In this document: piece by piece, positions 35,599-44,906 of the stretch | How positions within the stretch are numbered: the first letter of the stretch is position 1 | How the letters are laid out: every line of letters begins with the position of its first letter | Origin: Dehalococcoidia bacterium | Lineage (GTDB): Bacteria > Chloroflexota > Dehalococcoidia > Lucifugimonadales > Australimonadaceae | Assembly: GCA_965261385.1 (NCBI GenBank) | Contig: CBDHDB010000002.1 | Location: 1,989,091 to 2,053,090, forward strand | Direction: 5' to 3' | DNA: 64,000 nucleotides | Made by a program: the position numbers and the translations under genes | The notes under the pieces: generated by a model | The model's database searches: none | What the model saw: only the letters and a program-made list of their open reading frames with translations | What the model was told of the DNA's origin: nothing

Positions 35599-36537
35599 AT
35601 GCCAACTCCTGTGGCTTTTATGAACGGAGAGTACATGCCCTTGGCGGACGCCAAAGTCGGCATCATGACCCACGCCCTCCACTACGGCACCGCCGTCTTC
35701 GAAGGCATCAGGGGCAACTGGAACGCCGACCACGGGCAGATGTACATATTCAAGCTCCGCGAGCACTACGAGCGCCTCCTGCGCGGCTGCAAGATGCTCT
35801 GGATCGACGTGCCGTACACCGTGCAGGAGCTCTGCGACATCACCGTCGAAGTGGTGGAGCGCTCCGGCTACGCCCAAGACCTCTACATCCGCCCCGTGGC
35901 CTTCAAGGCCGAGCAGAAGGTGGCGAACCTCAACCTCCGGGCGCTGGGAGACGGCTTCTTCTGCCTCGCGGTGCCCTTCGGGAACTACATCGACTCCGAT
36001 GGCGCGATCAACTGCTGCGTGGCTTCCTACCGCCGCATCGACGACACCATGGTCCCCCCGCGCTTCAAGCTGAGCGGCCTCTACCTGAACTCTATCCTCG
36101 CCAAGACCGACGCCATCGCCATGGGCTTCGACGAGGCCATCATGCTCAACATGGACGGACACGTCTGCGAGGGCACCGGCGAGAACATCTTCTTCGTTTA
36201 CGGAGACACCATCGCCACCCCGACCCTCGAGAGCAACGTGCTCCCCGGCATCACGCGCGATACGATCATTGACCTAGCGCGCAACGAGCTCGGGCTGAAG
36301 GTCGAGGAGCGCCTCGTCGACCGCAGCGAGCTCTACACCGCCGACGAGGTCTTCCTCTCGGGGACGGCCGCGCACGTTCAGGGCGTGGGCACGGTCGACC
36401 ATCGCCCCGTGGGCGCCGGCGGAGTCGGCCCGGTCACCCGTCGGCTCCAGGACCTGTACTTCCCCATCGTGCGCGGGGAGAACCCCGCCTACCTTCACAC
36501 CTGCGCCACGGCTTCTCCGAGAGTCGCAGCTTCCTAG
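35599..36537 (+). CDS. ilvE: Branched-chain amino acid aminotransferase
   Basis: FMNGEYMPLADAKVGIMTHALHYGTAVFEGIRG...LPGITRDTIIDLA. Confidence 0.9.
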   Translation: MPTPVAFMNGEYMPLADAKVGIMTHALHYGTAVFEGIRGNWNADHGQMYIFKLREHYERLLRGCKMLWIDVPYTVQELCDITVEVVERSGYAQDLYIRPVAFKAEQKVANLNLRALGDGFFCLAVPFGNYIDSDGAINCCVASYRRIDDTMVPPRFKLSGLYLNSILAKTDAIAMGFDEAIMLNMDGHVCEGTGENIFFVYGDTIATPTLESNVLPGITRDTIIDLARNELGLKVEERLVDRSELYTADEVFLSGTAAHVQGVGTVDHRPVGAGGVGPVTRRLQDLYFPIVRGENPAYLHTCATASPRVAAS

Positions 36538-36548
36538 TTAGGCCTCCG

Positions 36549-37007
36549 ATGTCCGCGTTCGAGTTCGCCTACACGCTCTGGGTATTTGTGAGCACCCTTG
36601 GGGTCGTCCAGCTCGCGGCCGTCCGAAGCCGGCTGTGGGGCCTCGTCGTCTTCAGGCGCTGGCCTCGCGCCACCGAGGCCGCCTCCGTCCTGCTCGTAAT
36701 CGCCGCCTTCGCCTGGTTCTTCGCCAGCGGGGAGCGGAACGTGCCGGACACCGCTGAGGGCCTCGACGGCGTCGTTCAGGCGCGCTGGTTCGCCATCGGC
36801 GGCGCCGCCGCCGTCGCGCTGCTCATCACGGTCTCGTCGGTCGTGAACCACCGCTGGGGCGCGGACCACAGCTGGGATCCCCAGACCGGACAAGGCCCCC
36901 CGGCGGGCCTGACCTGGTTGGAGCGGACAACCTTCGCCAGGGCCGCCGCCGCCCGTGTCCAATCGCTCCGCCGTGAGCGCAGCCGGGCCGCGAAAGGACG
37001 CCGCTGA
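36549..37007 (+). CDS. Hypothetical membrane protein
   Basis: 3-4 hydrophobic segments. The stop overlaps the start of the PAP2 gene. Confidence 0.5.
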   Translation: MSAFEFAYTLWVFVSTLGVVQLAAVRSRLWGLVVFRRWPRATEAASVLLVIAAFAWFFASGERNVPDTAEGLDGVVQARWFAIGGAAAVALLITVSSVVNHRWGADHSWDPQTGQGPPAGLTWLERTTFARAAAARVQSLRRERSRAAKGRR

Positions 37008-37576
37008 TGGACGGGGCCATCCTCCGATTTCTCAACTCCGGCGTCGGGAAGTTTGCTCCCTTCGACCTGCTGATGGAGGCGTTCGTCAGCGACTACCTGG
37101 TCCCCGTGGCAGGCAGCCTCGTGCTCTTGGGGCTGTGGTTCTACGGCAACGGGGCAACGCGGCCCTCGAACCAGGTAACCACTATGATCGGCGCCGCCGC
37201 CATCGGCATAGCAAACGCCCTCACAACCGTCATCAACGTCCTTGCCAACAGGACGCGGCCCTTCGTGGACAACGACCTCACCCTGCTCTTCTACGAGCCG
37301 ACGGACCCCTCGTTCCCGTCAAACGCGGCTTCGGTGGGCTTCGCCCTTGCGACCGCCGTCTTTCTGCGTCACCGCGTCCTGGGGAGCTGGCTCTATCTGC
37401 TGGCGTTCCTCTGGGGGTTCGCCCGCATCTACGCCGGCGTCCACTATCCCACGGATGTGATCGGCGGCGCGGCCATCGGCGTGGCATCGGCGCTGGCGGT
37501 GGCGGCGGGCTTCAGGATCCTCGCCTTCGCGCCCCGCGCCGTCCTCCGGGCCCTGCGCCTCGTCTACGCCGCCTAG
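37007..37576 (+). CDS. PAP2-family phosphatase (undecaprenyl-diphosphatase-like)
   Basis: ..NRTRPF.., PSFPSNAAS, FARIYAGVHYPTDVIGGAAIG. Confidence 0.8.
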   Translation: MDGAILRFLNSGVGKFAPFDLLMEAFVSDYLVPVAGSLVLLGLWFYGNGATRPSNQVTTMIGAAAIGIANALTTVINVLANRTRPFVDNDLTLLFYEPTDPSFPSNAASVGFALATAVFLRHRVLGSWLYLLAFLWGFARIYAGVHYPTDVIGGAAIGVASALAVAAGFRILAFAPRAVLRALRLVYAA

Positions 37577-38730
37577 GCCCCGGCGACGCCCCGCCGGTAG
37601 AGGCGGATCAGTCCCTGCTGCTCGCACGCCGAGAGACGCATACCGGCTGCCCCCGCGAGGCGGCGCGCCTCCCGCGTCACGGAGTTCTCGGGGAGCGGGG
37701 GGAACATCCGGTAGAGAGCGGCCGCCCCCTGGCCGTCCCCTCCCTCCTTGGCCGCCAGCAGCGGCAACGCCGCATTGACGACGATCTCCCTGGCCCGCCC
37801 CGAGCCGGTGAGCGCGCTGCCTTCCTCCGCCGCGGTGAAGAGGCGTTCGAGGCCGGACGGACCGTCCTCGGCCGCGCGGCGGCACGCCGTCAGCCAGCCC
37901 TCGTCCGTGACCCCGGCGGTCAAGACGCCCGCCGCTCGGACGCGCCTCGCCGGATGGTTCGCGGGACGGACGCCTGACGTCCGCCAGAAAGCCCGCTCCA
38001 TGGCGGACGACCCCGCTCCCTCGCCAAAGCCCGCGAGCGATAGCAAGCGGCGCGTGAGCGCGTCCGCCTGGTCTTGGCGCGGCGTTTCGAGCGCCAGCCG
38101 CCGGAGCTCTTCGATGGGCGCCATCCGCGCGAGCTCAAGGAAAGGAGCGCGGTTCTCGGAGTAGCCCAGCGCCTCGAACACCGCTTCGTGGAACGCCTGC
38201 TCCACGCCTGACCTGAGGGCGTTCCGCGCCGCGGTCGCCCGCTCCTGAAACCGGAGCATCCCCGCCCGAACGAGCGTCTGCCGCAGCTCCGACGAGCCCA
38301 TCCTCGCCAGGCCCGCCATCAGCGGCGCCTCCACCGGAGGCTCACGATTCCCTCGCCGCAGCTCGGCCACCGGCAGGTCCGGCCCGCCGGCCGCCGCCCT
38401 CGCCACGACGTGCAGAACGACGCCGTCGTACGCGGGGTCGGTGTGGTGGCCGTGGGCGCGCCAGTCCGAGGGCGTCCGATGCAGCTCCACCACTCCGGCC
38501 TCGCGGACGCCGTCCAACTCGACGACGGCGTCTTGGAAGTCGGGGCCGTGACCGGGGGCGGGGCGGCCCGCGTAGAGAACGTTCACGCGCCTGCCGTCCA
38601 CCGTTCGCAGCGAACGGCCCTCCCGCGCTTGCCACAGTTTCGCCAGGAGCCGCTCCGGGAGCAGGGGACTCTTCCGGTGACGGACGGGCCGGTAGCGGCG
38701 GACGGGCTCGGCAACGCTAAGGGGCGTCAT
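37573..38730 (-). CDS. DUF2851-like protein
   Basis: ..VNVLYAGRPAPGHGPDFQDAVVELDGVREAGVVELHRTPSDWRAHGHHTDPAYDGVVLHVVAR.. matches my recollection of DUF2851. The start is taken as MTPLSV at 38730. The ORF-track start at 38814 overlaps the upstream gene. Confidence 0.6.
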   Translation of the reverse strand: MTPLSVAEPVRRYRPVRHRKSPLLPERLLAKLWQAREGRSLRTVDGRRVNVLYAGRPAPGHGPDFQDAVVELDGVREAGVVELHRTPSDWRAHGHHTDPAYDGVVLHVVARAAAGGPDLPVAELRRGNREPPVEAPLMAGLARMGSSELRQTLVRAGMLRFQERATAARNALRSGVEQAFHEAVFEALGYSENRAPFLELARMAPIEELRRLALETPRQDQADALTRRLLSLAGFGEGAGSSAMERAFWRTSGVRPANHPARRVRAAGVLTAGVTDEGWLTACRRAAEDGPSGLERLFTAAEEGSALTGSGRAREIVVNAALPLLAAKEGGDGQGAAALYRMFPPLPENSVTREARRLAGAAGMRLSACEQQGLIRLYRRGVAGA

Positions 38731-39022
38731 GCCCGCCCTGCTTACGCTTCGCGCCGTACTCGGCAGGCTGCTCCGCCGACATCGGGAGGGAGCGCCGCGG
38801 GACGCCCCGGCCACCCTTCGCGCCGTACTCCCCCTGTTGCTCTGCGACCATCGAAAGAAGCCGCCGCGAGGCGCCCTGGGGCGCGTGCAGGCCCATCTCC
38901 CAGTCGCTCACGGTCTGCTGCCGGACGCCGAGGAGCAGCGCCAACTCCTGCTGGGACGCCCCCAGGCGGTAGCGCAGGCCGTAGACATCCTCGGGCTGCC
39001 ACTCACGTTCCGCTGCTCCCAT
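38717..39022 (-). CDS. XRE-family HTH protein with duplicated C-terminal AEQ..EYGAK motif
   Basis: LGASQQELALLLGVRQQTVSDWEMGLHAPQGASRRLL. The 3' end overlaps the DUF2851 start by 14 nt. Confidence 0.65.
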   Translation of the reverse strand: MGAAEREWQPEDVYGLRYRLGASQQELALLLGVRQQTVSDWEMGLHAPQGASRRLLSMVAEQQGEYGAKGGRGVPRRSLPMSAEQPAEYGAKRKQGGHDAP

Positions 39023-39087
39023 GCCTTGCCTTCATCTTACACGAGATCGTGTAACTACGCTCTCCTCTCCGCGCGGTCCCCTGCGCC

Positions 39088-39116
39088 TTGACGCCCGCGC
39101 CGTCCCTCCCTACGAT
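39088..39116 (+). promoter_or_regulatory. Sigma-70-like promoter
   Basis: TTGACG (39088-39093), 17-nt spacer, TACGAT (39111-39116), 45 nt upstream of the ATG at 39161. Confidence 0.5.
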
Positions 39117-39160
39117 AGAGAGGCTAGCATGACAAAGAATAGCCCGCGTCGAGGATTGCC

Positions 39161-39508
39161 ATGACCACGGCCCCCCAACCACTCACCATCACGATCACCG
39201 AGAACGGCGCGAGCCACGTCCGCCAATTCTTGGCCGCCGAGGGCATCGAGAGCGGCGTCCTGCGAGTTGCGGTCAAGGGCGGCGGCTGCTCCGGCCTCAC
39301 CTACGCCCTCGACATCACGGACGAGACCAAGGACGGCGACAAGGTCATCGAGCAGAACGGGATCAAGCTCGCCATCGACAAGAAGAGCTACATCTTCCTC
39401 GCCGGCACCGAGCTCGACTATTCTGGCGGCCTGAACGGCAAGGGGTTCGTTTTCAACAACCCGAACGCCAAGAAGGCCTGCGGCTGCGGCACGTCCTTCT
39501 CCGTCTAG
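39161..39508 (+). CDS. HesB/IscA-family iron-sulfur cluster insertion protein
   Basis: ..VAVKGGGCSGLTYALDI.. and C-terminal CGCGTSFSV. Confidence 0.9.
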   Translation: MTTAPQPLTITITENGASHVRQFLAAEGIESGVLRVAVKGGGCSGLTYALDITDETKDGDKVIEQNGIKLAIDKKSYIFLAGTELDYSGGLNGKGFVFNNPNAKKACGCGTSFSV

Positions 39509-39514
39509 CCCGCC

Positions 39515-39850
39515 CGCTTCCTCGTATTGCTTCGGACTTTCCTCTCCCCCGTCCGCGGGATTTTTGCATCACCCATTTCGTCATTCCCGCGCAGGCGGGG
39601 ACCTCGCCCCCGAACCCCCGGCGTTGGGCATTTGCGAACCGGTTCGCGGTGAGCCTTCGGACCATGAACCGGTTCGGAATACGATAGGGGTGGTGCCCCT
39701 TTGCCGGGGGCGTGGGGGTATCCCCCACAACATGACGGGCGGGTGGGTGGGAAGAGCTACACCCGTCCCAAAGTAGGGTTACGTAAGGCTCGTCCGTAGA
39801 AGATGTCTGGTCCTCTCCCCTTAGACGGGGGGAGTTAGAGAGAGGAGAGT
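39515..39850. repeat. Mosaic intergenic repeat locus (A, D, C modules)
   Basis: A hairpin at 39584-39601. Module D (cgtgggggtatcccccacaacatgacgggcgggtgggtgggaagagctacacccgtcc) at about 39708-39768, shared with 46160-46220. C-like module at 39815-39848. Confidence 0.85.
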
Positions 39851-39855
39851 GAACG

Positions 39856-40818
39856 ATGGCCATCGACGCCGCGGGCCTATCCGCCCTCGAAGAGCGCGCC
39901 GCGTTCACCGACCGGAGCGCCTGCGGACGCCTCTGGATCACCGGAGTCGACGTCCTCGACCTCCTCAACCGCCTCACGACCAACCAGCTCGAAACGCTGC
40001 CGGAGGGTCTGGCGCGTTCGACCGTGCTCACGAACGGCGACGCCCGTGTCATCGACCATCTGCTTCTCGCGGCGGTCGACGGCGGCCTCTGGTGTCTCAC
40101 GAGCCCCGGGCGGGCGGAGGCCGTGGTCGAATGGATCGACCTCTACACCTTCGGCGAGGACATCTCCGTGGAGGATGCGAGCGCAACCACCACCCAGCTG
40201 ACCGTCGCGGGGCCGCTCGCCACCGACGCCCTCGCGAGCGCTCACTATCCCGTCCCTCTCCCAGACGGCGCGGCGGCGAGTGGGGACACTGTCGTCATCG
40301 CTGCTCCATTCGGAGCGCGCCCGGTCTACCACGTACTGCTGCCGCTCGCGCAGTCCGGGCGCGCGACGGAGGCGTTGGACGTCGCGGCGCAGGAAGTAAG
40401 CGCGGAGACGTTCGAGGCCTACCGCATCGCCCAGGGCGTGCCCGCCTACGAGTCGGAGTTCGGCGCGTTCAATAATCCGCTGGAGGCGCGCCTCCTCGGC
40501 TCCATCAGCGAAGACAAGGGTTGCTACACGGGGCAGGAGGTCATCGCGAGGCTCCAGACGTACCGCAAGGTGCAGCGGCTGCTCATGTCGTTCACGTCCG
40601 ACGTTCCCGCCGCCCCGGGCGACGCCCTGGAGAGCGGGGACGGCTCGCCCGCGGGCGTCGTTACGTCGGCCTGCGCCGACGGCGAGGGCGCGTTGGGACT
40701 GGCGCTCGTCCCGTCAAAGCACGCTGTCGCGGGGGCGTCGCTGCGGCTCGCGGGCGGGGGCGCGGCGATACTCTCCGACCCGCTCTACGCCCTGGCCACC
40801 GAGCCCGTCGAGGCGTAG
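39856..40818 (+). CDS. ygfZ: YgfZ/GcvT-family folate-binding protein
   Basis: ..ISEDKGCYTGQEVIARLQTYRKVQRLL.. (KGCYxGQE signature). Confidence 0.75.
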   Translation: MAIDAAGLSALEERAAFTDRSACGRLWITGVDVLDLLNRLTTNQLETLPEGLARSTVLTNGDARVIDHLLLAAVDGGLWCLTSPGRAEAVVEWIDLYTFGEDISVEDASATTTQLTVAGPLATDALASAHYPVPLPDGAAASGDTVVIAAPFGARPVYHVLLPLAQSGRATEALDVAAQEVSAETFEAYRIAQGVPAYESEFGAFNNPLEARLLGSISEDKGCYTGQEVIARLQTYRKVQRLLMSFTSDVPAAPGDALESGDGSPAGVVTSACADGEGALGLALVPSKHAVAGASLRLAGGGAAILSDPLYALATEPVEA

Positions 40819-40851
40819 GCGATCGCTCTGGACGCGAGGCACCTCGCGCGC

Positions 40852-41406
40852 TCATCCCTCAGCCGCGTCCGTGGTCCCTCTCTCGCGGCTGAACCACGGA
40901 ACGCCCATACGTCCCAGCGTGTCGCCCTTTCCCAGCTGATAGCGGACAACACCCGCAACGTGGACCAGCAGCAGCGCGATGAACACCTTGGAGAGCACGT
41001 TGTGGGCTATCCGCGGCGGCACGTCTTCGATGCCGGCGGGGACGATACTGCCGGGAACGAGCGAGAGTCCGCTCAACGCGAGCATCCCGATGCCGCTTGC
41101 GAGCAGCGCGATAAGCAGCGCGTACAGCAGGACGTGCGTCCCGATGAACGCCCTCTCGTTCGCGGGCGACAGCACCTCCGGCGGCGCGGGCCACCGATGG
41201 GCAACGAGCGACACGAGGCGGACGGCGGTCAGCGCGAGCGTTCCGAGGCCCATGCCCACGTGCGCGTTGTAGAGTGACTCCTGCGCTTCGCCCTCGCCGA
41301 TGCGCGTCATCGCCAGCCCGACCCCCAGCATCCCGACGATCAGCAGCGCGCTTGCCCAGTGCGTTATCTGCGTGATGCGGTTGTAGGCCACGGCGCTCTT
41401 GCTCAC
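40852..41406 (-). CDS. Cytochrome b561-family protein
   Basis: YNRITQITHWASALLIVGMLGVG..YNAHVGMG..THVLLYALLIAL..LLVHVAGVVRYQ. A GTG start at 41406 lies 4 nt after the upstream stop. The ORF-track start at 41565 is rejected. Confidence 0.7.
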   Translation of the reverse strand: MSKSAVAYNRITQITHWASALLIVGMLGVGLAMTRIGEGEAQESLYNAHVGMGLGTLALTAVRLVSLVAHRWPAPPEVLSPANERAFIGTHVLLYALLIALLASGIGMLALSGLSLVPGSIVPAGIEDVPPRIAHNVLSKVFIALLLVHVAGVVRYQLGKGDTLGRMGVPWFSRERGTTDAAEG

Positions 41407-41410
41407 GCCC

Positions 41411-42175
41411 TTACCCAAGGCAAAAGTACTTGAACGACTCCGCGTAGGGGATGCCCTTCTGCGCGCCTCGGTCCTTGAGCCAACCCGTGAGCCGTTCGCC
41501 AAACTCCCGCTCTTCCTTGGACGGCTCTCCCCCGTTGGCGGGAGTGAACTGCATCTGGCTCGCATGCGCCTTCAGCGCGCGGATCTTCGTCTCGACAGTG
41601 CCGCTAACGTCGAAATACACATCTGCGATATCGTCACGCGCGCCGAGGTAGACGTGCTCGACGATATGCGCCTCCAACCCCTCGTTGAGCGCGAGTTCCG
41701 GGTACATGTGCACGTCCCGCGCCGACGGGAACACAGCGTCCAGCGTCGCGTCGCCCGTGTTCCGATGGTCAGGGTGATTGATGTAGTGGCCCGACCATCG
41801 CACCGTTGGGTTCTGCGTGATGACAGCGCTCGGCTTGTGCTTGCGGATGATGCGGACGATGTCCTTCCGCAGTTCCAGCGTGTTCTGCACCATGCCGTCC
41901 TCGTAGCGAAGGAATTCCACCTCGCTTACGCCGAGGATGCGGCACACCTCCCGTTGCTCCTCCTCCCGCAGCGCCGCGAGCTCCGACGGCACGACGTCCG
42001 GGTCGGACGTGCCCTTGTCGCCGGACGTAACGAGGCCGTAGACGACCTCCCGTCCTTCCGACGTCCACCGCGCGACGCTGGCAGCGCACATGAACTCCGC
42101 GTCATCCGGGTGGGCGACAATCACGAGAATCTTGTCGCCCGGTCCCGCGTGGTCTTCCGGCCATACTCCCGTCAT
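41411..42175 (-). CDS. PIG-L/LmbE-family deacetylase
   Basis: ILVIVAHPDDAEFMCAASVARW..GLVTSGDKG..INHPDHRNTG. The ATG at 42175 overlaps the fabG stop (ATGA). Confidence 0.8.
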   Translation of the reverse strand: MTGVWPEDHAGPGDKILVIVAHPDDAEFMCAASVARWTSEGREVVYGLVTSGDKGTSDPDVVPSELAALREEEQREVCRILGVSEVEFLRYEDGMVQNTLELRKDIVRIIRKHKPSAVITQNPTVRWSGHYINHPDHRNTGDATLDAVFPSARDVHMYPELALNEGLEAHIVEHVYLGARDDIADVYFDVSGTVETKIRALKAHASQMQFTPANGGEPSKEEREFGERLTGWLKDRGAQKGIPYAESFKYFCLG

Positions 42176-42921
42176 AGCCCCAACCCTCCGTCGACTCCCA
42201 GCACCTGCCCCGTGACGTAGCGCGCGTCGTCGCTGGCCAGAAAGGCCGCGCACGCCGCCACGTCCTCCGGCGAGCCGAAGCTCCCCAGCGGGATGCGCTC
42301 GAGGACCTTCGCCTGGAGCTCGGCGGGTATCGCCGCGACCATCCGCGTCTCGATGAATCCCGGCGCGAGCGCGTTCGCGGTGATGCCCCGCGACGCCACC
42401 TCCCTGGCGACGGTCTTGGTGAAGCCGATGAGCCCCGCCTTGGCCGCCGTGTAGTTCGCCTGCCCCGCGTTGCCCGTTATAGCGACGACCGACGACATGT
42501 TGATGATCCGTCCGGAGCGCTGCCGCAGCATGGGGCGCACTGCCGCCCTCGTGCACAGGAACGCTCCCTTCAGGTTCGTGTCCAGCACCGCGTCCCAGTC
42601 CTCCTCGGAGAGCCGCATCAGGAGGTTGTCCCTCGTGATGCCCGCGTTGTTCACCAGGATATCGAGCCCGCCCAGCGCGTCGATCGCCGCCGTCACCAGG
42701 CCCTCCGCCTGCGCGGCGTCCGCCACGCTCGCCTGCAGTACGGCGGCTTCCACGCCCAGGGACCTGACCTCCTCGGCGACGGCCTCCGCCTCCGCCTCTC
42801 CGGAGTTGTAGTTGACCGCAACGCTCGCTCCCTCCGCCGCGAGCCGCAAGGTGACCGCCCTGCCGATGCCGCGGCTGCCCCCCGTGACCAGCGCCCGCTT
42901 CCCGTCCAGCCTACCCACCAT
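42172..42921 (-). CDS. fabG: 3-oxoacyl-ACP reductase
   Basis: KRALVTGGSRGIGRAV, NNAGI, YTAAKAG, C-terminal GQVLGVDGG. The start at 42921 overlaps the plsX stop by 11 nt. Confidence 0.85.
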   Translation of the reverse strand: MVGRLDGKRALVTGGSRGIGRAVTLRLAAEGASVAVNYNSGEAEAEAVAEEVRSLGVEAAVLQASVADAAQAEGLVTAAIDALGGLDILVNNAGITRDNLLMRLSEEDWDAVLDTNLKGAFLCTRAAVRPMLRQRSGRIINMSSVVAITGNAGQANYTAAKAGLIGFTKTVAREVASRGITANALAPGFIETRMVAAIPAELQAKVLERIPLGSFGSPEDVAACAAFLASDDARYVTGQVLGVDGGLGL

Positions 42922-43906
42922 CCGCCTCCGCCCGCGCAAGCACCCGCGCCAGGTCGTCGCGCATCGTTTCCACGAGCCCTGTCTCCAGCAGGCGACGCGC
43001 CAGCCCGATGGACCTTGCAATGCTCCGCGCGCTGGACCTTCCGTGACCCGCGATGACGACGCCGTTCACGCCGAACAGCGGGCCCCCGCTGCCCTCCGCG
43101 GCCTCGGCCAGTCCGGCGATCGCCTGCACCGCCGGGTTGTCCGGCCTCAGGGTCGACGCCAGATGACGCCCCGCCGCCGCCGCCAAGCCCTCCGTGTACT
43201 TCAGCAGCACGTTGCCGACGAAACCGTCGCAAACGACCACGTCTGCCTTGCCCGTGAATATCTCGTGCCCCTCGACGTTCCCGATGAAGTTCAGGCCGCT
43301 CGCCTGGAACAGTGGAAACGCCTCCTGCGCCTGCCGGTTTCCCTTGCCATCCTCCGACCCCACGCTCAACAGTCCCACGCGTGGATCGTCGATGCCGTGG
43401 TGGACCCGCTCGAACGACGCTCCCAACGCCCCGAAGCTCAGCAGCTGCGACGGCTTGCAGTCCACGTTCGCGCCCAGGTCGATGATGGTGGTCTTCGGCG
43501 CGAGGCCGATGAACGGCCCGCCGAGCGTCGGGCGCTCCAGACCGGGGAACATGCCCAGCGCCAGCACCGACGCCGCCATCGTCGCCCCCGTCGAGCCCAT
43601 GCTCACCCCCGCCTGCGCATGCCCGACCTTCAGCAGGCCGAGCGTCACCGCGATGGACGACCTCGGCTTGCTCCGCAGCGACAGCGCGGGGTGCTCGCCC
43701 TCTACGACCACGTCCTCGGACGCGACCACGCGGATGGGCAGCGAGCCCGCGTCGTGCTTGGCGAGCTCGGCCTCGACCGCGGCCTCGTCGCCGACGAGCG
43801 CCACCTCGATCCCGAGCTCGCGCGCGGCTATCACCGCGCCCTCGACCGGTACGGCCGGGGCGTGGTCTCCTCCCATCGCATCCAATGCAATCGTTGAGCT
43901 AGCCAA
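42911..43906 (-). CDS. plsX: Phosphate acyltransferase PlsX
   Basis: IALDAMGGDHAPAVPVEGAV...GFVGNVLLKYTEG. Confidence 0.9.
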   Translation of the reverse strand: MASSTIALDAMGGDHAPAVPVEGAVIAARELGIEVALVGDEAAVEAELAKHDAGSLPIRVVASEDVVVEGEHPALSLRSKPRSSIAVTLGLLKVGHAQAGVSMGSTGATMAASVLALGMFPGLERPTLGGPFIGLAPKTTIIDLGANVDCKPSQLLSFGALGASFERVHHGIDDPRVGLLSVGSEDGKGNRQAQEAFPLFQASGLNFIGNVEGHEIFTGKADVVVCDGFVGNVLLKYTEGLAAAAGRHLASTLRPDNPAVQAIAGLAEAAEGSGGPLFGVNGVVIAGHGRSSARSIARSIGLARRLLETGLVETMRDDLARVLARAEADGG

Positions 43907-43922
43907 ACGTCCTCCTATCGCC

Positions 43923-44315
43923 TCAGCCGTCGAGCGGGACCGTCGCCTCGCCCGTTATCACCTGGACCCCGTCTTGGTTCGTGACGGCGACCTGGTAGGC
44001 GGCCGTCGCTCCGTCATTCGATTTCAGCGACCCCTCGGCGCGCACGACGTCGCCCGGAAACACCGGCGCGCGGAACCGCGTCTTCAGTCTGCCCCCGCAC
44101 ATCCACGACCTGCCGAACGTCTTGGTCATCAGCTCCGAGACGAACGCCAGCACGAGCATCCCGTGGGCGATGGGCCTGCCGTAGGGAGTGCCCTTTGCAA
44201 ACTCGGCATCGAGGTGCAGCGGATTGTGGTCTCCGCTCGCATCCGCGTACTTCGCCAGCTGGCCCTGGGTGATCCGGTGCACGACCGGCGGCAGCGTCTG
44301 AGGCGGGTCGGTCAC
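43923..44315 (-). CDS. MaoC-like hotdog dehydratase subunit (HadB-like)
   Basis: GTG start overlapping the upstream stop (GTGA). ..YADASGDHNPLHLDAEFAKGTPYGRPIAHGML carries the hydratase motif. Confidence 0.7.
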   Translation of the reverse strand: MTDPPQTLPPVVHRITQGQLAKYADASGDHNPLHLDAEFAKGTPYGRPIAHGMLVLAFVSELMTKTFGRSWMCGGRLKTRFRAPVFPGDVVRAEGSLKSNDGATAAYQVAVTNQDGVQVITGEATVPLDG

Positions 44316-44707
44316 TCGCTCTCCTCCGCTATCGCCAGCGACGCCCGGCCCTCGACGACCCGTTCCCCTTCCGCGCTTCCCGTAAGGTCCAGGCTCAGGA
44401 AGCGCGTGCCGCGCCGCACGCTGTTGGCCGCAACCGACGCAACGCACCGGACCGACGCGCCGATGGGCGCCGGACCGGCGAACGCCAGCTCCTGGCCGGT
44501 GTGCACCGCGCCCGCTGGCAGCTCGACGGCCTCCATGGCCGCCGCCATCACGATGGCCGCCACCGCCATCGGCGGCGCCAGCCCCTGCGCTGAATAGAGC
44601 GGCGAGTCGTCCTCCACTGCGTCGATGTACAGCGCCGCGCGATCGCTCGTGACGACAACGTCTCGCTCGCACAGCGCCTGTCCAAGTTCCAATGAGCTAA
44701 GATCCAT
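44312..44707 (-). CDS. Hotdog-fold protein lacking the hydratase motif (HadA/HadC-like partner)
   Basis: 131 aa, translationally coupled to the MaoC-like subunit. Confidence 0.6.
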   Translation of the reverse strand: MDLSSLELGQALCERDVVVTSDRAALYIDAVEDDSPLYSAQGLAPPMAVAAIVMAAAMEAVELPAGAVHTGQELAFAGPAPIGASVRCVASVAANSVRRGTRFLSLDLTGSAEGERVVEGRASLAIAEESE

Positions 44708-44739
44708 ACAGTCCCGCTACCCTCATCGAAGCGCCCTCG

Positions 44740-44878
44740 TCCCCCGCCCCCTCCGTCATTCCCGCGCAGGCGGGAATCCAGGAATCCAATCGGTCCGTGG
44801 TGAGCTTGTCGAACCACGCGCCCGCCAATCAACGCCAATTCCTCCCCCGTCTGCGGGAGAGGCCAGGAGGGGGCCTCC
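44740..44878. repeat. Mosaic intergenic repeat locus
   Basis: A hairpin at 44759-44776, followed by ccaggaatccaatcgg.. and C-like cctcccccgtctgcgggagaggccaggaggggg. Confidence 0.85.
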
Positions 44879-44906
44879 AGCGGATTATATAGGCGGCGGA
44901 GGCTCT

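Noticed and set aside
44625-44906. ORF-track extensions of the NHL gene (44625), the racemase-like gene (45993-46406) and the PIG-L gene (42176-42556)
   Set aside because: The first two read through mosaic repeat modules and give the typical repeat-derived peptides. The third is an out-of-frame read through fabG. Downstream starts with signal peptides, RBSs or stop-start coupling fit better.
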